A stretch of DNA of 63,665 nt, the filler included, from Nemertoderma westbladi (lineage: Eukaryota > Animalia > Xenacoelomorpha): NCBI GenBank assembly GCA_032718475.1. It is 4 parts of 4 records of this genome, joined end to end, with 100 filler letters (N's around TTAATTAATTAA, not from the genome) between each part and the next. Parts side by side here need not be neighbours in the genome. Positions count along the whole stretch, not along the records: positions 44,530 to 60,165 come from JAUCBJ010000949.1; positions 60,266 to 63,665 come from JAUCBJ010003795.1; 2 more parts are not named here. One strand, written 5' to 3'. Below are positions 52,736 to 63,665 of this stretch, piece after piece; positions within the stretch are counted from its first letter, which is position 1, and every line of letters begins with the position of its first letter. Below the pieces are notes generated by a model that saw only the letters and a program-made list of their open reading frames with translations, ran no database searches and was not told the origin of the DNA. The position numbers and the translations under genes are program-made.

Positions 52736-54009
52736 TGCTGAACTGAATATGACTCGAAGTGATGGGGGTGGCTAGTGTGGGTTTTAGTTTTGAAGAAGGG
52801 ACCTTATATTTCGGAGTGTGTGATGGAGAGTGGGTTTGGTTTGATAAAGGGGACTGAGGAAGGTTGACTGGTGGGTGTAAGACCACAATTTTTTCTCAGT
52901 TATGTAGTCCAAAAACAAGTGGGTCTGAGACCAAACTGGTCTTTAATAATAATTAAATAAATGTTTTTCGAAGTAATTGCCTAGTTTTAGCGCTACTTTA
53001 GCAAAATTTAGTAGTTCAGAGTCAAACAATTATTGGGTTAGCCTATTTCTGCAATAGGACAGATAAATTATTTATTTTACATTTGCAATATTCCTTCGAC
53101 CGTTTATTAACGAAAATCGTAAATAAAATGACTCGATAATATTGATAATGTTGTAATAATACGTAATTGTATACTTAAATTGGTGCATTTTTGTTGCTTA
53201 ATTATTTAATAAAACATAGAACGAAATCGTGTTACAAAAGAAATTGAACTTATTTTACTAGGCCTATAATAGTGCTTCCATAGTTAATGCGTTTCCGTAG
53301 TTACTTCAACTCCATGATGCTGACTTACTCAATGTTAAATAATTTAGTGTTCTCGAATATTTATTACGTAACTAGAGAGCCGCTTAACTACATAAACCAA
53401 TATTGGATATTGAGTTCCGTTTTGGAGTTCGCTTTGTAAACACTAAAGTTGCAATAACTTTAGAGAGTATGAAAGGATTTTGCTCAAATTACGTGCGAAC
53501 CTTTTCTACTTCGATGCTTTTCAACACATGTAATAAAATTTAAGAAATTCTATCCAAATATTTTCACGTTTTCTTATATAACTTTTTCCGTCGGGATAAA
53601 AGTAAAATCACTACAATCATGGAAAAATATTCGGGCAAAATAGTAACAATTTAAGAATAAAATTTATTTTATTGTTACTATTATTATTGAAATTTAATGT
53701 ATAATTTATAATGTAATTTATAATGCTGTATAATTTTTCTGTATCAATTTGAATGAATGAATTTGTAAACAATTGCATGAATATACTGTTATCATTAAAA
53801 CTAGTAAAAACTTTTAACACGAAAAATATATTCTATATGAATTAGGAAACTTAATCATTCGTATTATATACGATACGAAAGTGAATTGTTTTTTTGATAC
53901 AAGACTAAATTCGATACGAAGATATTCTAAGATGCGACATAACTAATCGCATCCTCTCCCAGAGTCTAATTAATCGTATTTACTATAAACCTTCCTCCGT
54001 CTCTCCCAG

Positions 54010-54133
54010 ATCGTCACGACGCCCTCTTTGTTGTCGGGGCCCTCGATGAGGCCATGATGTTACGCGGTATGCGTTATCATCCAATCGACATCGAGACTTC
54101 CGTTCATCGCTCACATAAGAATGTTATCGAAAG
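54010..54133 (+). CDS. DIP2: DIP2 exon
   Basis: CCCAG acceptor and GTAAGT donor. Encodes DRHDALFVVGALDEAMMLRGMRYHPIDIETSV. Phases fit both neighbouring exons. Confidence 0.93.
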
Positions 54134-55296
54134 GTAAGTCAGTTCATGTGTCTATCTACCTAACCGATGTATCTATTTTACATCCATAAACATTTTTTAA
54201 ATATAAGGTATTATAAAAAAAAGGTTCTAAAACAAATAATTTTGTTCTAACCATTTTCAACCAAGCAAACAGTCGGGTGAAAACGGAGGCGACTCTAAGG
54301 CTCCTCTTACGATAGCTGCTACCCGGAAAAAGTTTCCACCCAATAATGTATATTCGTGCTACTGTTATTTAAAGTAATATTTTATTTTTCTGAGCTGTGT
54401 TTAGTGCTAATAAATCAAAATATTACCTAATATTATTAAATATTCAAAATATTACCTAATATTATTAAATATTAGATTAGGTGGGAATTACCGGTAACCT
54501 TTTTCAAGTCATATTGATAAGCAGATGCGGTATAATGCAGCAGATACAACCTTTACATAATGAGATATAAGCAGTATAGCCTTAGATCAGCTCATCAGCT
54601 TCATATGATGGAATTCCGCCACCTGGTGAGATTATTTGGGATTGGAATGTGCTGTTACTATGCCATCGGACCATCATCGGTGCGGATATATATAAAGTTA
54701 TACCATACGACGTACAATATTGAGTATTTATTACTCATTGTGGATTCCTGTTGGACTTTCCCTCCATGACCAGGTTGATCCTTAAAAGCTGCAGGGGTTA
54801 GTTGAGGTATAATTAGGTTTCTAGTCATCAATGAAAAAAAAACATACTTGTGATGCCGCCCGTTTATACAATGGTTTTATACATTGAGTTCCCATAGCGT
54901 AAACTCACCAGCCATTAGCAATCCAAATCCGCACCTTTGCATAATGAATTCATCATATTATCGGAACCGGATGCATTATTATTGTGTCAGTAAATATTAA
55001 GTTAACTGAGTCTTGACCAGGTTTCGTAACTGATGGAAGTACGACATTCAGTGAATCATTGATGGATGGGGGCGCTGCAATAAACTACAGCACTGACAGG
55101 TTGAAAACACGCTCATAATCCCGAACACACAATAATCTCCATAAATCACAGCCAACGGGTCAGGATGAGGGTTTAGAGGCATTACTTTAAAAATAAATTA
55201 TAAACAGACTGATAGAACAATTTCCAATACATATTTATGTGTTGTTACGCTATTACTCATTGTAATATATTGTAATTGTAATATATCTATTGTTAA

Positions 55297-55515
55297 TACC
55301 CCGTATCAATGTTAAATTCTCAATTTAGGAAAAGGGGCAGGTTACAGTGGCACGTTATTTTAACCAAAACAATAAACTAAACACAATAGAACAGGTTACA
55401 GTTTTATTTTTGAGAGTTATCAGCTGTTATTTGCGTCGAATTTCTCCTGGAGAGGGATGAATTTTTATTACGTGCAGTCCCCCCCCCCCCCCCCCCCCCC
55501 CTATCTGCCTAATTG
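55297..55515 (+). mobile_element. Dispersed repeat family A copy
   Basis: Collinear with ~3290-3535, including the poly-C tract. Confidence 0.78.
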
Positions 55516-55744
55516 GAATCATATTTCTCTTAATATTTGTGTTTCGGGAATTTTTGACATTCTGCGCGCATACTAATCTCTTCCACACTTCAATATATAC
55601 CCCGTCGGCCCGTATACATAATGAGGTACCAGTAAAGAAGGTGGAAACATTGTGGAGCAGACTCCACTACTATCCACGCATTGGATTGCAATTTGGCTGC
55701 ATCTTTCTGGGACGCCGCTCCATCTATATTTCTAAAGTTTGCCG

Positions 55745-56034
55745 TAGAGGGCGCACTAGTTATTATCTTTATTTAGAGGGCGCACTAGTTATTATCTTTA
55801 TTTAGAGCGCGCACTAGTTATTATCTTTATTTAGAGGGCGCACTAGTTATTATCTTTATTTAGAGGGCGCACTAGTTATTATCTTTATTTAGAGGGCGCA
55901 CTAGTTATTATCTTTATTTAGAGGGCGCACTAGTTATTATCTTTATTTAGAGGGCGCACTAGTTATTATCTTTATTTAGAGCGCGCACTAGTTATTATCT
56001 TTATTTAGAGGGCGCACTAGTTATTATCTTTATT
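55745..56034. repeat. 29-bp minisatellite, ~10 copies
   Basis: Unit TAGAGGGCGCACTAGTTATTATCTTTATT. Confidence 0.93.
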
Positions 56035-58050
56035 TATTGCTATTAATTCGTGAAATGGACGTCAGTTTTTTTACTACCAGTTTAACGCCAACTGAACACA
56101 TAACTCTATAAGTTTCGTATATCTAATGGATTAGTCCACTTTCTTGGCGTATATTTTCTAATGCGCGAAGGCTCGGCTACATTCAGGAAAATATTTAATC
56201 GGTAACTCTTCCACATTGGAAGTTCGTTTTCTGATAACGTTACATGAAGGAGACGAAATATGACAAAATCTGGGGACACTCAGTTATTGAGGTGCTTCAC
56301 GCTTTCGTAAGGAAGGTACTTGGTTTTTGTCACACTTTCCTACTTTAAGTCACTGAACGAAGTCCGGACAATGTTTTGGGCACTTTTAGTGAGAATATTA
56401 TCATATAGTATATTGCATTGGATTGCCATCTTATTATGAGGCTCATCCAGTTTCCGATGTATTGTCTTAAACAGAGAAGCAGAGCTTCTAACTTCTCATC
56501 GTCGATGAGACGTTGGATATTGGTACTCTCTGGTTGCACCTGTTTCCACTCCTATCGGATACCCTGGAGGTTTACTTCTCTGGAAGGCGGAGCTCGATAA
56601 AGTCGGCGTTTTCGGAGGTCGGAATTATTTAATTCGACGAGGAATGGGCGAAACCAAAGCGACGAAAGCAATCGAAACGGTAACCAGCGAAGTAACCAAT
56701 GCGGCAATGAATAATTAGGAGACATCGTAGAATAAATTGTGTTTCACCTTGTTGATTAATCCAATTACCACGATTACAGTTAGATGTTAGAACCTTACCC
56801 ACAGGTTATAGCCTATGAATAACTGTTACTGGAATAAGTGATAGCTTTTCCACCCACTCAATAAAACCATCCCAACAGAGTTGATAGAATTACACGCCGA
56901 TTGTATTTCCCTTTCATTCATCCCCTTTCACCTTCCTTTCATCTATTAATACATTTTTAGCACCAATGAACCGCGTTTTTCATCCTAAATTGTAAGTAGC
57001 CTTACTGAGTATTTTGATTACATTTTCATAATCTTACTAGTTGTAGATGCTACTTGTAGCTCTACACCAAGTCATAACTACATCGGGTGATGGATTTAGC
57101 ACTCAAACCTTCACAGAAAACACAATGTTTAGTGAGAATCAAAATATATCAACAAGTTTAACGTCCATGGTGCCACTGAATAAGTAATTTTGTTTGAAAC
57201 TTAATTCATCTGGTTGAACGTGAACGTGAACGTGAATCGTGTATGTTATTTTTTTACTTATACACTTTATTTTCATCGGTGATGATAATGTAGTAATTCA
57301 GTATGATGTTTGGCATGAGCCTTGCCAATACACTCATATAAGTTGGTTGTTGGTCAGGGCACTCAGACAAATCCTTCAGATTCTTTCGATTATTATGCTT
57401 GCTTTTCTGACAGGTCAGTATACTGCAGATCCTCTTAGACAACCGCACCCTGTACGATTAGTTAAAGTCACAGACTAATAATAATAATAATATATTTATA
57501 GGGCGCCTCGCCTATACAAATATAAAATCAATCGCCCATTGGATACAAAGAACAACGACATTGCAGAAAGGCAGATTAATTGTTATAGAATCTAAATTGT
57601 AGATATTATTGAGAACCTGAGAACACTTGAAATATAAATTAAAATATAGTAATTAGAGGAATCGCTTAGCGAAGAAATATGACAAAGTTTTGAGAGTAAC
57701 TTTGGGTATGATGACAAAAATCCCATGCTCCGACATGTTGGTGGTCCGTTGGCCCAGTAGTCCAGAGGCCCCCACCCCAAATCAAATCTTTAGCAAGTCT
57801 CGGATATTTTTTGAGAATATACGATTAATTTATACATTCAGATATTATGTATATACTTAGTAACTTTTAACACCCGGCTGTTCTCTGTAACATAATTAGG
57901 GCAGGGCCTACCAAGTCAAATATCAATTACTATGATGATGATGGCCGTCATTATTCCTCATTATCCACCCCCGACACAACAGTACAGAGGTACAGTGCAT
58001 GGCTTGCTGTACCTTAATAATCAATTAGGGAGAGTTGGATCGGGTTCAGC

Positions 58051-58199
58051 ATTACTTAAAGGTTATTCTTTAATTAATTATACGCATTTGTCCTGACGCC
58101 CTGACTAACTGACTTTAATACTGACTAATCAGTCAGTATTAAAGTCAGTTAGTCAGGGACAAATGCGTATAATTAATTAAAGAATAACCTTTAAGTAAT
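58051..58199. repeat. ~150-bp near-perfect palindrome
   Basis: ATTACTTAAAGGTTATTCTTTAATTAATTATACGCATTTGTCC...CTGACT-AATC-AGTCAG...GGACAAATGCGTATAATTAATTAAAGAATAACCTTTAAGTAAT. Confidence 0.93.
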
Positions 58200-58490
58200 C
58201 ACTAACGTATTGACACGGATTCTATAACACTATCCTATTGATACCGATTCTATAATACTAACTTATTTACACGGATTCTATAACACTAACTTATTTACAT
58301 GGATTCTATAACACTATCCTATTGACACCGATTCTATAAAACTAACTAATTGACACGGATTCTATAACACTAACTTATTTACGCGGATTCTATAACACTA
58401 ACTTATTTACATGGATTCTATAACACTATCTTATTTACACGGATTCTATAACACTAACTAATTGACACGGATTCTATAACACTAACTTAT
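58200..58490 (+). repeat. 28-bp minisatellite carrying the branch-point motif CACTAAC, ~10.5 copies
   Basis: Unit CACTAACTTATTTACACGGATTCTATAA. The last copy runs into TTGTTTCGCAG, the acceptor of the DIP2 terminal exon. Confidence 0.92.
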
Positions 58491-58500
58491 TGTTTCGCAG

Positions 58501-58753
58501 CGCCACATTCACTTCGACAAATCTTCTCGTTGTTGTGGTTGAGTTGCTAGGCGACGAGAATCTCGCCCTCGATCTCGTTCCCGCCGTTACCAAATCCGTT
58601 CTGGAGGACCACCATCTGGTCGTGGGGGTCGTGGTAGTGGTGGATCCCGGACTAATTCCTATTAACAGTCGCGGTGAGAAGCAACGCATGTATCTGCGAG
58701 ACGCTTTCCTTGCCGACCAATTAGACGCGATATACGTCGGTTACAACATGTGA
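58501..58753 (+). CDS. DIP2: DIP2 terminal exon
   Basis: Encodes ATFTSTNLLVVVVEL...IPINSRGEKQRMYLRDAFLADQLDAIYVGYNM*, the characteristic DIP2 C-terminus. Confidence 0.95.
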
Positions 58754-60165
58754 TTGGTTATCCTCCAAAACTGCTGTGATTAGCTGGTCCAGACATCGTA
58801 TATTGTGATTTACTGCCTTCCACTCAGTGTTCTGTGCGGCTTGGGCGGTTCAGTGCTACACTCATACTCACAGTAGCCTGTGATTGGCGATGCTCCACTC
58901 ACAGCGGCCTGTGATTGGCTGTTCTTCAATCACAGTGAGCTGCGATTGGTGGTGCTCCACTCACATTGTTCTGTGATTGGTTCACTCCGGTCAATGTCTT
59001 CTAACTAAGAATGGTGCACCCTGTTTTTCTAATAAGACTGCCCCAGGACTATTTTATCATTTTCCCAGGGCCACATCGTTCTTTAGGTGCTCTGACGTAT
59101 ATTGTTTAAAACTATTAGTATCTATAATAGCTTCCCGCCATGAAATAGATTTTGTTGGCTCTTTTTTATTCCAGATTCTATTTAATCAAACATACCAAAC
59201 AAATACGATGGCCAAGTTATGTTATTTATGCTTTGTAGATCTAATAGTTAGAATTTATGGTTAGCTTAAATATAACTCTAAATACATTAGTCTCGTGTGT
59301 CGTGGAGCTTTTTAAATATCATAATCATTATTTATTTCCCTAAATTTAAGTACCATTTTTAAGAGCGAAATTGATTTACCTGGTTGTTTTTTGTTACCAT
59401 ACTTAGCGCTAACAACAAACTTGATACGCTAAAGTCAAGGTATGGTTGATTAGTTGCAGTCGGGTTTCATTAATTAAGGGCGCTAGTATTTATTCCAAGT
59501 CCAACTATTAATTATTTTTTATTCGAAAATTGATTTACATAAGGTAGAAGAGGATGTATAATTTTATACGACGGATGACGTACGACAGGTTGAGGTAACA
59601 ATGCTTTATATTACTATTATTATAATTTACAGCTAAGAAACTGCGGCATCCAGGTGGGATCGAACTGGCGACCGCCAGATTGGACATACAATTGTCGCTG
59701 TCAATTAATTATATGAAATGCAGTAATCAAAATCAAGAATTTTAACAAAATGCATATAATATGTAAATTGCTGAATTTTAATAAATATAAATATAAATAT
59801 TACATTACATTATAAATAAATAATATTTTTCATATATTTTGTTTATAAATATTATTTATTAATTATTAATAAAACTAATTTTTGTCCCAACAATTATATC
59901 AATTTTCGAATAAATTGCATAGTACAAGTCGTAGTATAATACTTAATTGCAGTAATCGTGTTTCTATTACGATTACTGTAATCGTATAAAGTGGTAGATT
60001 ATAAGACTCGATGTAACTAGTAAATATGGTGATCGAGTTATAAAAAGCATAAATGTTTACATGATGTTGATGTCATAAAATTAATAGGGGCCATTCATAA
60101 AGAGCCTTCCAAGGCGAGGGGTGCAAAATTGCTATGTCCGGGTGATCTTTTTTAATATATTGATT

Positions 60166-60265
60166 NNNNNNNNNNNNNNNNNNNNNNNNNNNNNNNNNNN
60201 NNNNNNNNNTTAATTAATTAANNNNNNNNNNNNNNNNNNNNNNNNNNNNNNNNNNNNNNNNNNNN
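60166..60265. other. Artificial contig linker
   Basis: N-run with TTAATTAATTAA. Confidence 0.97.
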
Positions 60266-62375
60266 GGGTGCTTTTTTGCCGAGTCAGCTCTCGGGGCAAA
60301 TACCACACCCTGGTTTGCCATTCCACAGGGTGGGTGTCGCAATGGAGTCAGATATGAGGCCCATCACCCATATCTACTCTGGCGTACATGACCCACCATT
60401 GGCTGTTGCAGCTCATCTGCTGGGTCATGCCCTGTACCCTTGCTGCCAGGTGCAGGTCGCAGTGAAGTGCCCTCAGAGTGGACATGAGAACACTCTACTC
60501 CTAACCAGCCATTGGTAGATCACCATCTGCCTGGTCAGGCCATATACCCCTGCAGCCAAGTATATGGGTCCTTAATCCAGGACCAAGGGCGTCCTTATCC
60601 CAGAACGAAGGGGGTCCTAGTTACAGGACCAGATTTGCCCTAGTAAGAGGGTCTATGCAGCTACAGGTGGCACCTCCTTTATGCTGCATGGAGGTGGCAA
60701 GTTTTCTTGATCAATGACCTAGAATACCTGACCTGACGTCGGATTTTCAAAAGTTTTTACGTTAAAGTTAAACTACAAATGCTACCTTATAGTGAAATAA
60801 TTCATCAATAGACCTATTATCTTGTTCTGTCTCGTAATTTCTCTTGTACTGCACGTATAAGTGACTACAACTGGGATTCTCGTTTCTAGTAGCAAAATCA
60901 TAATTAAATATGTTTGGAATTTTTCAAAACAAATGTTTTGAATGATTATTTTAATTTGGATTTTCTTCTTCACTCTCTCCTTCTAATTCCTCTTGATTAT
61001 ATTTTTTCGACACATCTACGACAAACTCCCCCCCCCCCCGCACCTAAGCCTCGTACGCCTATGACTATACACAAACAAAATAGGCCATTGTAGGCCGAAT
61101 GAGCCAGTTCTTAATTCGGTAAGGTAATATGAAGCATTGTATTTGGTGATATTTTGGTGATCGTGATATCGCTTTGACCCTCCAATGTCTGATTGAGCCA
61201 GCACTTTTATTCAACACCTCGGGAACTAGTCACTCTACATTAGTCCTAATATGAAGGTGTCTACACCCAATAAATCGATCTTTGCTGTGGTTTCAATGAC
61301 CCTGTGGAATAATTAGATGTGTAATTTTTAATGAATAAGCATAATCAATGGTAATCTATGATGTTTAGTTGAACGTAACAAAACCTTTTTTTTTATACAA
61401 TATCTCAATAATTATTTACTCTATTACTGTTTTGAAGGTGTCAGCAATGATCTAATTAGTCAGCAAACTAAGTCGATCATTGCGGTTCGAATGAGTCTTA
61501 GATCACTACATTTTTGGGGTACCACCAGTAGTTGGATATCCTTAAGCAGGGAGGGATATCCTCCTGGATATCGTAATATTATGTTAAGCATAATATGATA
61601 AGTTTATGTTCTTGGATCATCTCTAAATATAAACATTTTTCAAAATAAAATAAATTATTGTTTTTATTAAATGGAACCAATGACAGTGCCAGGTGGGTTA
61701 AAATTTGAATTATGTTTTTAAATAAACACCCTAATATACTGTAATTGTCATGTAAAGTGTTGTGAAATTTGCGTATTTCAGTGATAAATTGAAATTTGAG
61801 TTTCCAAAAAATATTGAAGTTGTACATCACTCCAAATCCAAGGGCGTTTCCCGTGAATTTGGATTTAGCACCACATAATTTCTGACCATAGAACATAATT
61901 TCAGTAGATGAACACTATCTTTTAAAGACTTTATATTAATTTTTGGTGCATCTCAATTATTGAATTTTTTTGTTCTGCTCTGTCTCAATTTTGCAAATTT
62001 TTGATAAAAAATATGTATTTCTGTGTTATAGCGCACAGATAGTATAGCGCACCTTTAATATTACCGGTATGTAGATTTGTTATATTGGAAGTGGTATATT
62101 CTGAGGCAACGTTCATTTAAACCCACTCTACCATAATTCCATATAGCCTGACACATTATGTACAGTATTATATTATGTATTAACTAAGCAAGAGAAAATA
62201 TACCCAACCTCTAACAATAATAACAATAATTTTAGGATAAATCAGTTAGTTCAACTATTAGTTTGTTACAGTAGCTAAGGTAATGCTAAAGACCACTCTA
62301 TATTATATATTTAATATTTATACAGTAGTATTATATAAAATGTAGTCTAATTTATTGTTACCTCATTTCATATAG

Positions 62376-63001
62376 AAGGAGCATGTGAGGAGTTTCAAGC
62401 AAACGGAGAAGTCCTTCCTGCCACTGTAAACAGTCTCAACGGTTATCTCCGTTACGACGATCTAGTAGGAAATAAATGGATCGTCATTCAACGAAGAATA
62501 AATGGGAATGTTGATTTCTATAGAAATTGGGATGAATACGTAACTGGGTTCGGAGACATAAACAACGAGTTTTGGCTTGGACTCCAAAACATTCATCAGC
62601 TCACCCAGGGAGGAGTTCAACTTAGAGTAGACATTTGCTACAATGAAATCTTAAGATATGCAGAGTATTCATCCTTTGAAGTTCTATCTGCTGATACCAA
62701 CTACAAGCTTGAGATATCAGGATACTATTTGGTTTCTACTGCCGGCGATTCGTTAACCAACCCTGAATACCCAAACAAACTCCCCAATGAAATGGCATTT
62801 TCAACTTTTGACAAAGATTTAGATATGGCGCCTGGAAACTGTCCTGAGATAAATAATGGGGGATGGTGGTATAATCATTGCCATATATCCAACCTTAATG
62901 GATTATACGGAGCAGGAGACAGTAGAGGACCTATATGGTCGACCTTAACTGGTTCTAACCCAGTTCAAATGGTTGAAATGAAAATACTGATTCAAGGTTA
63001 G
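62376..63001 (+). CDS. Fibrinogen C-terminal (FReD) domain exon
   Basis: CATATAG acceptor. Encodes WIVIQRRINGNVDFYRNWDEYVTGFG, EFWLGL, AGDSL, FSTFDKD, NC, GGWWYNHCHISNLNGLY and EMKI. It ends at TAG 63001, or at a G|GTTAGT donor just before it. Confidence 0.93.
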
Positions 63002-63665
63002 TACCAATTGATACAATAAAGTTAAAGTGAGGGTTGCAGAGTGAAGTATTCCTAAATAAGGTAGGCTGCTGGGACAAAAGCCACTTTATTTATAGAAACT
63101 GCAAGCATTCCTTCTTCAATTTGCAGTAATATTATTTATATTATTAATATTTAATTAAGACTAATAATTAGCATCGTAATTGTATAATTGTAGCATATTT
63201 GACGACAGAGAAAATGGACCCCCCCCCCCTCCCCTCCCCGACGGCACTTCCTTTACAGTACTAGAGTGTCTATCACAAAACCACTGTAAAAAAACCAATC
63301 CTAGCGCATAGACTACAATAATAGCTAAGCCACACTCAACAATTAATTGACCATCAACTTATAATGCCTCGAAGGTGGCGTTTCATCATCTGCAGGAACA
63401 TTACAATTACAATACATAGGATTCATTCATTAATTGCAAAAGAAAAACATCTCTTTCTATATTTGGAGAACACCTTGGATACATTTGCATAACACTGTGC
63501 AGTCATTTTTTGAATGGAAGGCAGATAACGGTATTAAATTTTGATGATGTAATATTATGATTTAGTTCAGAAGTGGAAAACATGAGGAAGCGCGTCACTG
63601 GCGTTTGAACCAATTCACTCCAATTCACTTAGATACACACACAGTGCTTTATAGAGCAGCCACTC

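Noticed and set aside
49939-52886. Many long minus-strand ORFs (SNQTHPPPPDWVIS...)
   Set aside because: They are by-products of a 52-bp repeat lacking minus-strand stops, and they lie antisense to the DIP2 intron.
59640-59690. tRNA gene (minus-strand GTTCGATCC B-box)
   Set aside because: Only a T-arm-like 3' half is present, with no full cloverleaf; at most a SINE remnant.
23309-60265. Functional clustering of genes across the window, or TTAATTAATTAA as a biological motif
   Set aside because: The motif is an artificial linker inside N-runs, so linkage across these joins is unsupported.

Overview
Eukaryotic (invertebrate metazoan-like) nuclear DNA. It is four contigs joined by 100-nt N/TTAATTAATTAA linkers (23309-23408, 44430-44529, 60166-60265), so adjacency across the linkers is not evidence of linkage. 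Spliced host genes I could reconstruct by splice phase: a hemopexin-repeat/Thr-linker/ShKT protein, the 3' half of a tectonic (TCTN) gene, the last three exons of DIP2, one exon of an unidentified protein, and a fibrinogen-domain exon. An intronless WDR45/WIPI4 copy with a frameshift and an antisense orphan ORF lie apparently or clearly inside tectonic introns. Mobile DNA: a 5'-truncated CRE-like RLE non-LTR retrotransposon with a 13-bp TSD, a Helentron/Helitron-like element, several MITEs and one dispersed repeat family. Most striking pattern: four intronic satellites are amplified copies of the host gene's own splice signals. They are ~205 x 62 bp (acceptor + 45 nt of ShK-coding exon + GT), 41-bp and 52-bp arrays (last 25 nt of exon + donor), and a 28-bp branch-point array. 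A 473-bp tandem unit with a nested, + strand-specific fold is also notable. All calls were made by eye, with no database searches.
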